Source: Mobula hypostoma (Eukaryota). From it: a stretch of 64,000 nt of DNA. Below, in pieces: positions 37,301 to 50,770 of the stretch. The stretch spans positions 201,626,001 through 201,690,000 of the forward strand of contig NC_086097.1 in NCBI RefSeq assembly GCF_963921235.1, read 5' to 3'. The notes beneath the pieces are model-generated. The model had not been told where the DNA came from, searched no databases, and worked only from the letters and a program-made list of their open reading frames with translations. Position 1 is the stretch's first letter, and each line of letters opens with the position of its first letter. Made by a program: the position numbers and the translations under genes.

Positions 37301-38159
37301 TGTGACTTGTTTCTTTGAACAATTTGAAGAAAGCATTAATCTTTGCAGTATTCAAATTACAGAAACCCCCAACATAAAATTCAAATATAATGAGACATAG
37401 TTTCCTCCAGGAGATGATATTCAGTAATTTAACCAGTATCCTTAAAGAGTTGTTTGGAAGACATCCAGAAATGATTATCAGATTTCAATTTTATAGGTTC
37501 AGGAATGTTCTTTCAGATCCAATGCAAAATACTCACCCTCACCACTGGAGGATTCATTCATTCCTCCTCTCAACTGTCTCCTTCCAATCCACTTCAGGAT
37601 CTCCTATTTTTGTTCCCATTTCCTCAAGCACCACCCTCCAAGCCGAAATGACTTCTTCATCACCTTCACCACCTTCCACTCCTGGATACATCCACCCGCT
37701 ATAAACAATTCACCTACATCCTTCCTCTCCAGCCCTTCCCAATCTGGCTCTGACTCCATCTGCCATTCGTATTATCACCTCATTTTGTGTCAGATTCCAG
37801 CACTGGTAGTCTTTTGTTCTCCTACTTGTCTCCCTTCCAGCAGCTGTCTCCAACCTTCATACTCTCCACACCCCCTCACCCACCCTGATTCATCTGCCTC
37901 CTCTTTCTCTCTCTTACTTTGTCACTCACCAGCCATTGTCTGTCAACTTTAACCAGGCACAACCTGCCCCATCATCTTATGACCTCTCCCCAGTCCACCA
38001 ATCACCTTGGATTCCTGTTTCACCACTCCCTCTCCTCTTTATACTGGCCATCCCTCCTCTCCACTTTGAGTCCCGATGCAGGGTTTCAACCCAAGATGTC
38101 GACATGTCTTTTCCTCCCACAGATACAAGAGAATCCAAAATTGGTTGGGTGATAATTTA

Positions 38160-38445
38160 CTTAATTTGGAGCTACAGTGGCCCTTCTGGCCTAACAAGCC
38201 GCACTGCCCAGCAATCCACCTATTTAACACTAGCCTGATCACAGAGCAATTTATAATGACCAATTCATCTCCTGAGTGATACATCTTTGGACTGTACGAG
38301 GAAACTGGAGCACCCAGAGGAAACCCACACAGTTCATGGAGAGAACATGCAAACTCCTTACAGGTAGCGCCGGAATTGAACTCTGAACTCTGGAACACCC
38401 CGAGATGTAATAGCATCGTGCTAACTGCTACACTACCATGGTGCC
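38160..38445 (-). mobile_element. V-SINE/HE1-like SINE
   Basis: ggaaactggagcacccagaggaaacccac is the reverse complement of the V-domain seen near 17750. Confidence 0.7.
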
Positions 38446-38864
38446 CATAAACGACAGAGTGTACTGGTGGATAGGTGTTTTTTTCACTGGAAGTTTGTAA
38501 TAATTGGTGTATTGTGGGATGTGTAATAGGACCTTCATTGTTTGTAATATATATGAATGACTAAAATGAGTATTTGGGTGATTTGCATTAAGTTTGCAGA
38601 TGACAGCAGTGTCAGACATAGCAAAAGAAGCTGTCTAATGTTTTGCTAGACCATAGATCAGCTGGAAAATTAGATGGAGCAGTAGCTGATGAAATTGAAT
38701 CCACAAAGTGTGTAGTATTGCTCTTTGTGAAGGAAAATTTAGGTTGGATATATAGATTAATTGGCAGGAAACTTGGGAACATGAAACATGGGATGCAAGG
38801 CCATAGCTCGTGAAGGTAGTAATGTGGGGAGATAAGGTATTTGCTATGCAAATGGTATTTGTGT

Positions 38865-41800
38865 GGAAAAGATATCCCCAGGGGTGCCCGAGAGTGGGGG
38901 AGGATGAGCACCCCAGTCAGATGGACACAACAACATCAGACCCAGGCAATGAACAAACGACGATGAGGAAGCAGTGTGCATGTGACAAAATCTGCAAGAA
39001 CGATCACGGCTTGAAGATCCACCAAACGAGGATGAAGTGTTTGGCGGGAGCAGGAGCAGCACAACGCGCAGGTGTCCAATCTGGTGAGATGAAGGAGGGG
39101 CCAGGCCTGGAGTCACCCCATAGTGCCCGGAACCTCCAAGTGTTGCAAACTAATCCCTCTAACATGAAGTCTAACAGGACGCAGATCAAATGGCCTGCAG
39201 CTAACATGACTTCACTGTGGAAGCAGTTTGATGAAAATGTTAACCAAATTCTGGAGGCAACGGCGAAGGGAGGGGTTGACAGGAAGCTGCAAGCCATGAC
39301 AACAATTATTGTCAGTATCGCAGCTGAACGGTTTGGAGAAAAGGAGAAGGAAGGCTCCAAAGCATCTTACTCAAAGAACCAAAGAGCATTGAGGATCCAC
39401 AACATCAGGCAGGAGATGAAAGCGCTGAAGTCCCAATACAAGGAGGCAGGAGAAGAAGAGCGCATTGGCTTGGCCCAGCTGATGTGCATACTACAAAAGA
39501 AGATCAGGGTCCTCTGCCGGGCAGAGTGGCATCAGAGGCGGTGTTGTGAAAGGGCCCGAAAGCGTGCTGCCTTTATCGCCAACCCCTTCAAGTTCACCAA
39601 GGAGTTGCTGGGGGAGAAGCGCAGTGGGAAACTGGCCTGTTCGCAGGAAGGCATAGACCAACATCTGAAGAAGATAGATAATGATCCTGAAAGAGAGCAG
39701 GAGTTGGGAGAGTGCGGCATCCTAATAGACCCACCTGAACTGGATGTGCAGTTGGACATGTCAGAGCTGCAACTAAAGGAAGTCAGAGAGGTCGTCCGCA
39801 AAGCAAGGGCAAGCTCGACTCCAGGACCAAGCAACACCTCGTACAAATTGTACAAGAACTGCCCCAAACTCCTGCTGCATCTGTGGAAGATCCTACGAAC
39901 CTTCTGGAGAAGGGGGAAAATCCCAGAACAGTGGAGAGTGGCTGAAGGGGTGTGGATCCCGAAGGAGGAAAATGCCACCCAGATAGATCAGTTTTGCATC
40001 ATCTCCCTGTGTGTGTCGAGGCGAAGATCTTCTTCAGTGCAGTTTCTAACCTGCTGTGCACCTACCTAGCAAAGAACACCTATATTGATACATCAGTCCA
40101 GAAGGGTGGCATTTCAGGTATGCCGGGCTGTCTGGAGCACATCGGTGTGGTGACACAGCTCATCAGGGAGGCCAGAGAGAACAAGGGCAACCTGTCAGTG
40201 TTGTGGCTTGACCTGGCAAATGCATATGGCTCCATTCCGCACAAGCTGGTGCAGCTCACACTGACCAAGTATCACGTCCCCAGCAGAATCAGAGATCTTA
40301 TCGCTGATTATTACAGCAACTTCAGGATGAGGGTCTCTTCAGGAGCAATTACATCAACCTGGCACAAGGTGGAGATCGGCATCATCACAGGGTGCACTAT
40401 CTCAGTGACACTGTTCTCCCTAGCCATGAACATGCTCACTAAGTCTGCTGAACCAGAGTGCAGAGGGCCCAGAATGAATTCTGCTCAACGGCAACCACCT
40501 ATCAGGGCATTCATGGATGACCTCACAGTCACCACAGAATCAGTCCCAGGCTGCCGGAGGATTCTGCAAGGGCTCGAAAAGCTGGTGGAGTGGGCCCGGA
40601 TGCGTTTCAATCCTGCCAAATCAAGATCGATGATGCTGAGGAAAGGGAAGATGGAGGACAAATTCCAGTACAGCATCGCAGGCACAGCCATCCCAACCAT
40701 CATAGAAAAGCCAGTCAAGAGCTTAGGCAAAGTTTTTGACAGCTCTTTAAGGGACACAACATCCATTCAGGCAACCTGCACCGAGTTGAATGGCTGGCTG
40801 AAATCTGTGGACAAGTCTGGCCTACCTGGGAAGTTTAAAGCCTGGGTGTATCAGCAGGGCATTCTTCCCAGAATCCTGTGGCCCCTCCTCGTCTATGCAG
40901 TTCCGATCTCAACAGTCGAAACCTTAGAGGGGAGGGTTAGCGACCACCTCAGGAGATGGCTGGGGCTGCCAAAGAGCCTGAGCAGCATCGCACTCTATGG
41001 ACACCACAACAAACTGCAACTACTGTTCAAATCCTTAGGAGGAAGAATTCAAGGTAACAAGAGCCAGAGAAGTGCTACAGTGTAGGGACTCAAAGGTGGC
41101 TAGAGCAGGGATCCAAGTAAGTACTGGCAGGAAGTGGAGGGCAGAGGAAGCTGTTCAGGAGGCAGAGGCAAGACTGCGTCACAGGAGGCTGGTGGGAGTG
41201 GTCACACAAGGCCGAGCTGGGCTAGGATCCTTTCCAACTCCCCAAATGGACACCAGAGGGAAGGAAAGGCATCGTCTAGTTCAGGAGGAGGTGAGAGCAG
41301 TAGTGGAGGAAATGAGAGCCTGCAAGGCGGTGAGAATGAAGCAGCAGGGAGCTTGGACAAGATGGGAGAATGCGGTTGAGAGGAAAGTGACCTGGGCTGA
41401 TCTTTGGAAAGCCGAACCACACCGCATCCAAATTCTCATCCAAGCAGTGTACGATGTGCTTCCAAGCCCATCAAACCTGCACACATGTGGCAAGGCAGAG
41501 TCATCTGTGTGCCCACTGTGCTCCAAGCGAGGAACCCTGGAGCACATCCTCAGTGGCTGTGCAAGGGCACTTGGTGAGGGAGGGTACAGGTGGAGGCATG
41601 ATCAGGTCCTGAAGACCATCGCTGAAGCCGTCAGCGCAGGAGTTGAGTGGGCGAAGCGGTCCCGACCCTCCAAGCACACCATTGCCTTTGTCAGAGCTGG
41701 GGAGCAGCCAATAACTGCCAAAAGAACATCTGCAGGCATCCTGACCTCTGCAAAGGATTGGCAGCTGTTGGTGGACCTCGAAGGGCACCTGAAATTCCCC

Positions 41801-42300
41801 AACCATATTGCAGCCACCACCCTGCGACCAGACATTGTCCTAATGTCTGAGTCTACTAAGCAAGTGGTGCTGCTCGAGCTGACAGTCCCATGGGAAGATA
41901 GCTTGGAAGAGGCCTTTGAAAGGAAGCTCTTCAAGTACGCAGGACTGGTCAGCAACTGTCAGCAGGCTGGATGGAGAGCGAGGTGTCTCCCAGTGGAGGT
42001 TGGTTGTAGGGGATTCATAGCCCATTCTTTCGTTAGAGCCTTCAGCATTTTGGGCATCGAGGGAGAGAGGAAGAGGAGAGCCATCCTCAGTACCACCGAT
42101 GCAGCAGAGAGGGCCTCAAGATGGCTGTGGCTCAAAAGAGGGGAGCCATGGAGTCATAAGTAGCTAGCCATCTGGACACAAGCTGGGGTCTGATCAGCCC
42201 CGGCTGGGTCACTTGGAGGAGGTTGTATGATGTTGAAAGGCCCGAAACACCCGATGATTCCAGGAACATCACTGAAGATGTGTCCAGAAGCATCAATAGA
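38865..42300 (+). mobile_element. HERO-like (R2-group) non-LTR retrotransposon with restriction-like endonuclease, inserted in an old CR1
   Basis: N-terminal zinc finger CACDKICKNDHGLKIH. RT motifs QKGG..GCLEH, LDLANAYGSIPH, GIITGC and AFMDDL. CCHC CPLC..EHILSGC, RWRHD, and RPD..ELTVPW..K..KY. Two frameshifts (about 40005 and 41040); stop at 42163. Confidence 0.88.
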
Positions 42301-42894
42301 TGTATGTACACAGCTGGGTCAAGGTACATTACATTGCAGATGTGACAAACATTGGTTAGGCTGCAGTTGGAGTTTTATGTGCATTTCTGGTTGCCACACT
42401 GCAGTGGGAGCAATAGAGAGAGTGCAGATGGGATTCACCAGGATGTTGCTTGGAATGTTGGGCTGTAGTCATAAGGAGATTGGGTAGGCTTGGTTTAGTC
42501 TCACTGGAACATGGTATATTAAGGGGTGATATTGTAGAAATTTATAAAATAATGGGGTAAGATAAGGCAGATAGTTGGAATCTTTTCCACCAGACAAGAG
42601 AGAATAGAACTATAAGGCACAGACGAGAGAGGGATGAGTTACTTAAAGGAGATATGAGGGCTAGGTTTTTCCACATAGCAGGTGGGGATTATCTGGAAGC
42701 TGCTGCGAGAAGAGATGGTGGAGGCAGATATAATGTCTAAAAGGCATTTGGACAGGTTCTTCGAAAGGAAATCAGTAGAGTGCTACAGGCCATAAGCAGG
42801 CAATTGAGATTAGCATAGATGGGCTTCACATGGATAAGGTGGGCTTAAAGATCATATCTCTGTTCTGCATGTTTCTATGATTACTATATTAAGA

Positions 42895-43304
42895 AATCAA
42901 CATCAATCATCAAAGATCCCCACCATCTGGGCCATACTGTCCTCTCACTGTTACAATCAGGGCCATACTCTCCTCTAGTACATCTGGGCCATACTCTCCT
43001 CTCACTGTTACAATCAGGCCAAAGTTTCCTAAGCCAGAATTCCCATACCAACCGGTTCTAGAACAGCTACTGCCCTTCAATTGTTCAGTTCTTGAACCTA
43101 CTAGCACAACCCTAATCATTACAGTTCAGCAACACTGTGATTACATTAGCACTAAAATGGATTTTGCTTTTGTTTTAGTTGAGTTCTTTATTGCAAAAAT
43201 CGTGTTTGTTTTTCTGGTGAATGCTGCTTATATGTACCTGTGATACTGCTGCAAGTAAGTTTTTCATTGCACCTGTACATATATGTACTTGTGATTATGA
43301 CAAT
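42895..43304 (+). mobile_element. LINE 3' fragment (Rex1-like) with a short internal tandem duplication
   Basis: catcaatcatcaaagatccccaccatctgggcc resembles Rex1 C-terminal sequence. The block catctggg...caatcagg repeats at 42924 and 42981. Confidence 0.55.
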
Positions 43305-46300
43305 TAAGAAAGGTCCCCAGTTTGAATAGAACTTTTTCACAGACCCCCTCAAAGTGAATTTAATCTTTTCTAATTTCAGAAAAAACATTACATCTTCTAA
43401 CCAAGCAGCAGCAGTTGGGGGAGTGGCAGATTTCCAAACCAGCAAAATTCTCCTACGGGCCAATAGCGATGTAAATGCAATGTTATCCGACTTGGCTTGC
43501 ATTTAAACCCAAATCATCATCTGCCACACCAAATACAGCTATAAGCGGGCAAGGTCTCAGTGTCACCCCCAAAACCTCACTGATAATTTTAAAAACCAGT
43601 GCCCAATAGTCATCAAGCCGAGGGCATGACCAAAATGCATGTACTAAACCAGCCGGAGAGAAGGAACACCTGTCACAGCCAGCGTCTGTCCCAGGGTATA
43701 TGTCTGCCAGTCTGGCTTTACTTAAATGTACCCTGTGTAAAACTTTGAATTGTATGAGCCCCAGTCTAGCACATGATGATGAGAAATGAACCCTATTCAA
43801 TACTTTTGCCCAATATTCTTCCGCAAGGTCCATACCGAGGTCGTCCTCCCACCTACTCTTAGTTTTGTTTAGATCTTGAACTCCCAAAAACATCAGCTGA
43901 GAGTATAGTTCAGAAATCAGCCCCTTATTGTTAAAGCTAAGAGTGAATTTTTCCCATAACATAGCAGGTGGTAGAACAGGAAAAGAGGGAAATTTTTCCT
44001 TGACAAAGTGGCGAATCTGCAGGTATTTAAAAAAATGATTATGCAGAAGGCCATACTTACCGTGCAGGTTATCAAAACTATCAAATATGTTATCAGTATA
44101 CAAATCCTTAATGCGCATAAGGCCGTTCAAACCCCATTGTCTAAAAGTTGAATCGAATATGGAGGGAGGAAATAAATGGTTTTTATGAATGGGGCCCAAA
44201 ACTGAAGCTGATATGAGCTCATAGTGGCAGCGAAATTGATTAAAAATTTTGAGGGTGGAGAGCACGACTGGGTTAGATGTGAATTGAGAGGATTTCAATG
44301 GTAAGGAAGAATACACCAAAGCTGGGAGAGACGAGGAGTGGCAAGACCGTGACTCAAGCAGGCACCAGATTATATCTGGCCGGTGAAGCCAAAGTAATAC
44401 TTTTTGAATGTTCGATGCCAGTAATAATGAATAAAGCTGGGAAGACCCATTCCACCTACGTCACGACCTCTTTGAAGAATGTGCTTATTAACCCTTGGGA
44501 CCTTATTTTCCCAAATAAAGGAGGTTATAGCTTGACCGACTGATTTAAAAAATAACTTAGATAAGAAAACTGGCAAACACTGACACAAATAGAGAAATCT
44601 AGGAAGTATAGTCATTTTCACTGACTGAATTCTCCCAGCCATCTCTCGAAATCAGCCTTCATTTGGCTAACCTGAGGCCTGTAGTTAGCTTCAAAGAGAG
44701 ATGTAAAAGAGCAAGTAATATGTATTCCTAGGTATACAAAACCATCTTGAGATAAAGGAAAGGGCAAGGATTCCTGTCGGATCTGTAGGGCCAAGTTATT
44801 AATGGGAAAGCATTTGCTTTTTTGAAAGTTCAGTTTATAGCCAGAGAAGGCTCCAAATTGACCTAATAATGACACAATAGCAGGACTACTACCTATAGGG
44901 TCGCTAACATAAAGTAAGAGGTCATCAGCATACAGGGGAACACGGTGTTCTATGTCCCCTCTTCTAACAGCTTGAAATAATGTAGTTGACTTAAGTGCAA
45001 TAGAAAGAGGCTCAATTGCAATTGCAAAAAGAAGAGGGGACAGTGGGCAGCCTTGGCGAGTGCCACGTGTTAATGGGAAATAGTCAGATCGAAAATAATT
45101 TGTCTGTATACCGCTAAAGGCGAGTGGTATAATAGCTTAACCCAAGCTATAACTATTCCGCCAAATCCAAATTTCTCCAAAACACTAAACAAGTATACCC
45201 ATTCCACTCTATCAAATGCCTTCTCCGCATCCAAGGCGATAACAACCTCTGGACTTGGAGAATCACTCGGTGAATAAACCACATCAGCCAGTCGACGGAT
45301 ATTAAAAAAAGAATAGCAATTTTTAATAAAACCTGTTTGATCATCTGAAATTATCTTGGGAAGGGGACGTTCTAAATGACATGCAAGCACTTTAGCCAAA
45401 ATTTTCACATCTACATTCAAAAGTGAGATGGGGGCGATATGATCCACATTGAGTCGGGTCCTTGTCCTTTTTAAGAAGTAGTGAAATAGCTGCCTGTGAA
45501 AGAGAAGGGGGTAAGGAGCCATTCTCCAAAGATTCCTGAAACACTTCTAGAAGGACCGGTGTGAGCTTATCCTTAAATTTCTTATAAAATTCTATTGGAT
45601 AACCATCAGGACCTGGGGACTTACCACTCTGCATAGCCATAATGGCATTATTAATCTCTTCCTGCCCAAGAGCCTGATCTAGGTTCTCCACTTCCTCTGG
45701 TTCAAGAGTTGGTATTTCCAAATTATCTAAAAGAAGTTCCATATTTGTTTTATCTGAGGGGAACTCTGAGGCATACAGAGAGGAATAAAAAGTTGCAAAG
45801 ATGTTATTAATCTCTTTTGGATTGCTTGTCAAGTTCTGGTGCATGTCTCTTACCTGGGGAATAAGTCGTGATGCAGCTTGATATTTCAACTGATGAGCCA
45901 TAAGCCGGCTCGCCTTGTCACCATATTCATAATAGAGGCCACGTGTCTTAAGAATTAATTGTTCTGATAGGTTTGTAGATAGAAGATTAAACTTGGCTTG
46001 CAAATCAACCCGGCTTTTATATAATTCCGCAGTGGGTGCCTTAGAATATTTTCTATCCAGGTCCCAAATAGATTTCAATAACACTTGCATTTCCTTCCTA
46101 CGCTTTTTATTGGCATGTGAAGTATAAGATATTATTTGACCCCTCAAGTAAGCTTTTAAAGTTTCCCAAAGTAAAGAATACGATACCGACTCAGTTTTGT
46201 TAGTCTCGAAGAATGTGTCAATGTTAGCCGATATATAACTACAAAATTTCTCATTAGAAAGCAAAAGGGGGTTAAGTCTCCACAGAGGCCGTTCTCTAAT

Positions 46301-47047
46301 GTTTAAAGGAAAACATAGGTCCAGTTTCACGGGCGAGTGATCAGATATAACTATAGCAGTGTATTCAATTTGTCTAATCATTGGTATGAAGGAGTTATCT
46401 ATAAAGAAATAGTCTAGCCTGGACTAGGAGTGGTGAACATGAGAGAAGAAGGAGAATTGCCTAACTGATGGATTAAAAAATCTCCAAGGATCCATATAAC
46501 CATTTTGTTGCATAAACATCGAGAAGGCCTTTGCCATACCAGAAAATGTTCCCCTAGGGCAAGACGTATCAAGCAGTGGGTCAATAGCACAGTTCAAATC
46601 TCCGGAAAAGATTAGCTTATGTGTATTCAGGTTAGGTATTAATGACAAAACCTTATTTGCAAATTGGACATCGTCCCAATTAGGAGCATATACATTTACC
46701 AAAATAACAGGTATCTGAAAGAGAGAGACAGAGACTATAATAAAGCGGCCATTAGGGTCACTGATTACATAAGATGGTGTGAACTGCATTCTTTTGGTGA
46801 TTAATATTGCCACCCCCCTGGACCTACTATTAAATCTGGAATGAAAAACCTGACTAATCCATGCTTTACGAAGTCTATTATGGTCCTCCATTCTTAAATG
46901 TGTCTCTTGTAGAAATAGTATATCTGCTTTTAATTGTTTCAGATGAGAGAAAACTTTAGCTCTTTTAACCGGACCATTGAGCCCCTTTACATTCCAAGAA
47001 ATAAACCTCACAGGGTGGCCTCCACCAGCAGCACTCACGTTAACCAT
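43305..47047 (-). pseudogene. L1 ORF2 (APE endonuclease-RT-Cys-rich), several stops and frameshifts
   Basis: ORF segments 46424-47047, 45392-46381, 45070-45522, 44618-44875, 44370-44642, 43483-44319 and 43188-43502. Confidence 0.9.
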
Positions 47048-47641
47048 ATCAAAAGGCACACAGGGCCTACAATCCAAAACAGTGCGAGGGCATAAGTTGC
47101 ACACAATAACGCACAATGAAAAGAAAGTCTGATCAATCCGTAACACACAAAAGAATAAACTGCCGTGGTAATCCCCCAAAACGCTCCCCCCACCCCTTTA
47201 CACAAACAAAAAAACCCAATTAACCCCCGAAACCTAGATCTACCTCCCCAATTGAGGATGATCGCAGTCAGTACCCAACCAAAAACTTCCAAGGTGTTCC
47301 CCATACAACCCAACTTTCAATCTAATCTAGGGTGGCTCCCCTCCTTAAAATTTATCCTATCACTTATACTACCTTTAATATAACATATAGGCTAAAGATG
47401 ACACAGGTCAAGCTAAGCATTAAAAACAAAAAAAACACTGGGCAACTTAAACACCCATGATATAAATCCCAAATATTTACATTTTGCTGGTTGAAAGTTT
47501 TTGTTAATCAGTTTCGGCAGCATAGCAGTTCGACCCGATCGCGTTCCACAAATTAAACTGTAAGAAATGAACACAGAAGTGGATTGTGAAAATTAACAGT
47601 TTGCCTCGGCATGAGGCCCCTTCCATGCTGCATGAATAACC

Positions 47642-48569
47642 TTAAAAAAAAGTCATTGCTCTTCTCGTTCTTCTCGATTCTTCTTCTCCCCAGCATGAAT
47701 GGTCAAACTCTTTGGCCGCCCCTGGTGTATTGAAATAATGCTTTTTACCTTCATGTATGACCCGGAGCTGGGCAGGATACAAGAGGCCAAACCTGACCCC
47801 TTTCCCGTAAAGCAGGGATTTCACCTCCTTGAAAGCTGCTCGTTTTTTACCCAGCTCCGCACTAAAATCTTCATAAAAAAACACGGAGTCCGCGGAAATA
47901 CAGCTCCTGCTTCCGTCTATTGATGATGCGTTGCTTATCTTGAAAGGAGTGAAAGCAAACCAGGAACATTCTTGGTCTCGTTTGCTTGGCTCCAGAGACA
48001 CCGGATGGTTTACGTCCGACTCGGCGAGCACGCGAAAGCACGAGAGGACTTGGGAAAAAATCTGTCCCCAGCACTTCGTCAAAAAACTCGGTCATAAATT
48101 TAACAGGGTCCGAACCTTCCAAATTTTCAGGAATGCAGACCACTCTCAAATTGGATCTCTGCCACCGATTTTCAAGGTCATCTAGCTTTCCCTTCAGAAC
48201 TGCGTTTTCGCACTGCAACGCTGCAATGGCGGCTTCGGCGCTCACCAGCCGGTCACTGTAATCATTCAGGCCGTCTTCAATCTCACGAATGCATTCGTTG
48301 TGTGACTCGTAAGCAGACATAATTTGTTCCATGGTAGCAGTCACTGGTGATAAAGCATCTTCAAGTTCTCTTTTTAAGGCAGAATGCACCGCTTGCGTCA
48401 TGTCAGTAATAAGTACTAAACGAAGCCTCTCCAAGTCATCGGGTAACGCAGGTTTGGGTCCAGGTCCAGCAGCATGCAACGGCGCCATTACTGTAACATC
48501 CGCCTTCTTGCTCGAGGCTTCGCTATCTTTTTCCCCAGTTTTACTTCGAAGGTACATTCTACTTGCCAT
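47642..48569 (-). pseudogene. L1 ORF1 (coiled-coil + RRM + CTD), one frameshift
   Basis: ORF 47871-48569 continues in the frame of 47642-48082 (FYEDFSAEL..GLLYPAQLRV). Confidence 0.85.
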
Positions 48570-48729
48570 TTCAATGTCCAGCTATGTCCCGCGTTGTTCA
48601 CAATGGTAAATATTCAGTTATCTCGAGCATATGGCAAAGATAAACAGGTAGATTTTCAATAAAAATCGGGAGCCACACTCACATGCACCAACTCACTCCA
48701 TACTCGACCCCGGAAGTCGTTTCTCCAAA

Positions 48730-49620
48730 AGTTTTCTTTACAACCCCATCTACCTGTGACACCACTTTCATGGAATTATGGACTTGTAATCCCAGATCCC
48801 TCTATACTACTACACTCCTCAGTGCTCTACCACTCACAATGTAAGTTCTGCCGTGGTTTGTCCACCAAAAGTGTAACAGCTCACACTTGTCTGCTTTAAA
48901 TTCCATCTGCTAATTTTCAAGCTGGTCCAGATCCCACTGTAAGCTTTGATAGTTTTCCTTCCTGTCCACTACACCCCCTATCTTGGCGCAAATTTGCTGA
49001 TCTAGTGTACCATGTTATCATCCAGATCATTGATATAAATGACAACTGACCCAGCACCGATCATTGAGGCACACCACTTAGCCACAGGCCTCTGGTCATA
49101 GAGGCAAGCATCTACTATCGCTCCAACTTCTCCTGTGAAGACAATGTCTAATCCAGTTTACAGCCTCATCTTGAATGCCAAGCGACTGAATCTTCTTGCA
49201 TAACCTTCCATGTGGGACCTTATCAAGGGCTTTGCTAAAGTCCATGTGGACGACATCCAGTGCCTTACCTTCCATCAACCTTTCTTGGTAACTTCCTCAA
49301 AAAAAGCTCGATAGGATTGGTTGGACACTAGCTACTACATGCAAAGCCATCTTGACTATCCCTAATCAGTCCGTGTCTATGCAAATACTTACATATCCAG
49401 TCCCTGAGAATACGCTCTGATAACTTTGCTGCTACTGACGTCAGGCTCACCAACCTATAATTTCCTGGTTTATTCTAAGAAGCTTTTGTAAACAATGGAA
49501 TGACGTTAGCTATCCTCCAATCCACCAGCACCTGAGCCATTGCTAAGGACGTGTTAAATATCTCTGCCAGGGCCTCTGCAGTTTCTGCACTAGCCACCTA
49601 CAGGGTCCAAGGGGAATACT
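48730..49620 (-). mobile_element. Old CR1 LINE fragment
   Basis: VHMDFSKALDKVPHGRL in ORF 49096-49278. Confidence 0.8.
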
Positions 49621-49624
49621 TTAG

Positions 49625-50770
49625 ACAATAAGACCATAAGATATAGGAGCAGAAGTAAGCCATTCGGCCCATCGAGTCTTCTCTGCCATTCAATCATGGG
49701 CTGATCCAATTCTTCCAGTCATCCCCACTTCCCTGCCTTCTCCCTATACCCTTTGATGCCCTGGCTAATCAAGAACTTATCTATCTCTGACTTAAACACA
49801 CGCAATGACTTGGCCCCCACAGCCGCTTGTGGCAACAAATTCCACAGATTTACCACCCTCTGCCTAAAATAATTTCTCCGCATGTCTGTTCTAAATGGAC
49901 GTCCTTCAATCCTGAAGATGTGCCTTCTTGTCCTAGACTCCCCTACCATGGGAAATAACTTTGCCATATCTAATCTGTTAGGTCTTTTAACATTCAAAAT
50001 GTTTCCATGAGATCCCCCCCTCATTCTCCTGAACTCCAGGGAATACAGCCCAAGAACTGCCAGACGTTACTCATATGGTAACCCTTTCATTCCTGGAATC
50101 ATTCTCGTGAATCTTCTCTGAATTCTCTCCAATGTCAGTATATCTTTTCTAAAATAAGGAGCCCAAAACTGCACACAATACTCCAAGTGTGTTCTCACGA
50201 GTGCCTTATACAGCCTCAACATCACATCCCTGCTCTTATATCCTATACCTCTACAAATGAATGCCAGCATTGCATTCGCCTTCTTCACCACAGACTCAAC
50301 CTGGACAACTCCCAAGTCCCTTTGCATCTTTGCGCTTTGAATTCTTTCGCAATCTAAATAATAGTCTGCCTGTTTATTTCTTCCACCAAAGTGCATGACC
50401 ATACACTTTCCAACACTGTATTTCATTTGCCACTTCTTTGCCCATTCCCCTGAGCTACCTAAGTCTCTCTGCAGGCTCTGTTTCCTCAACACTACCCACT
50501 CCTCCACCTACCTTTGTATCATCGGCAAATTTAGCCACAAATCCATTAATCCCAATGTCCAAATCATTGACACACATCGTAAAAAGCAGTGGTCCCAACA
50601 CCCACCCCTGTGGAACTCCACTGGTAACCGGCAGCCAGCCAGAATAGGATCTCTTTATTCCAACTCTCTGTTTTCTACCGATCAGCCAATGCTGCACCCA
50701 TACTAGTAACTCCCCTGTAATTCCATGGGCTCCTATCTTGCTCTGCAGCCTCATGTGAGGCTGCTTTGTC
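49625..50770 (-). mobile_element. CR1 LINE, 5'-truncated
   Basis: SGVPQGWVLGPLLF, KFADDTK, LVRTHLEYC and VVNLWN motifs. Tail repeat (taagacca)-like at 49625-49645. Confidence 0.9.

Larger units (their letters stand above)
43305..48718 (-). mobile_element. L1-clade LINE, 5'-complete (5' UTR, ORF1, spacer, ORF2), disrupted and lacking a 3' UTR
   Basis: 5' end GACTTCCGG. ORF1 DDLENRWQRSNLRV..IPE. ORF2 APE ISWNVKGLN, LQETH and SDH. RT PGPDG and LDAEKAFDRVEW. C-terminal CDRC..HAFWSC. Confidence 0.93.

Noticed and set aside
42205..42295. Hammerhead-like words in the HERO 3' UTR (ttggagga...cccgaaac, ctgaaga)
   Set aside because: CUGANGA and GAAA are not in the right order with paired helices.
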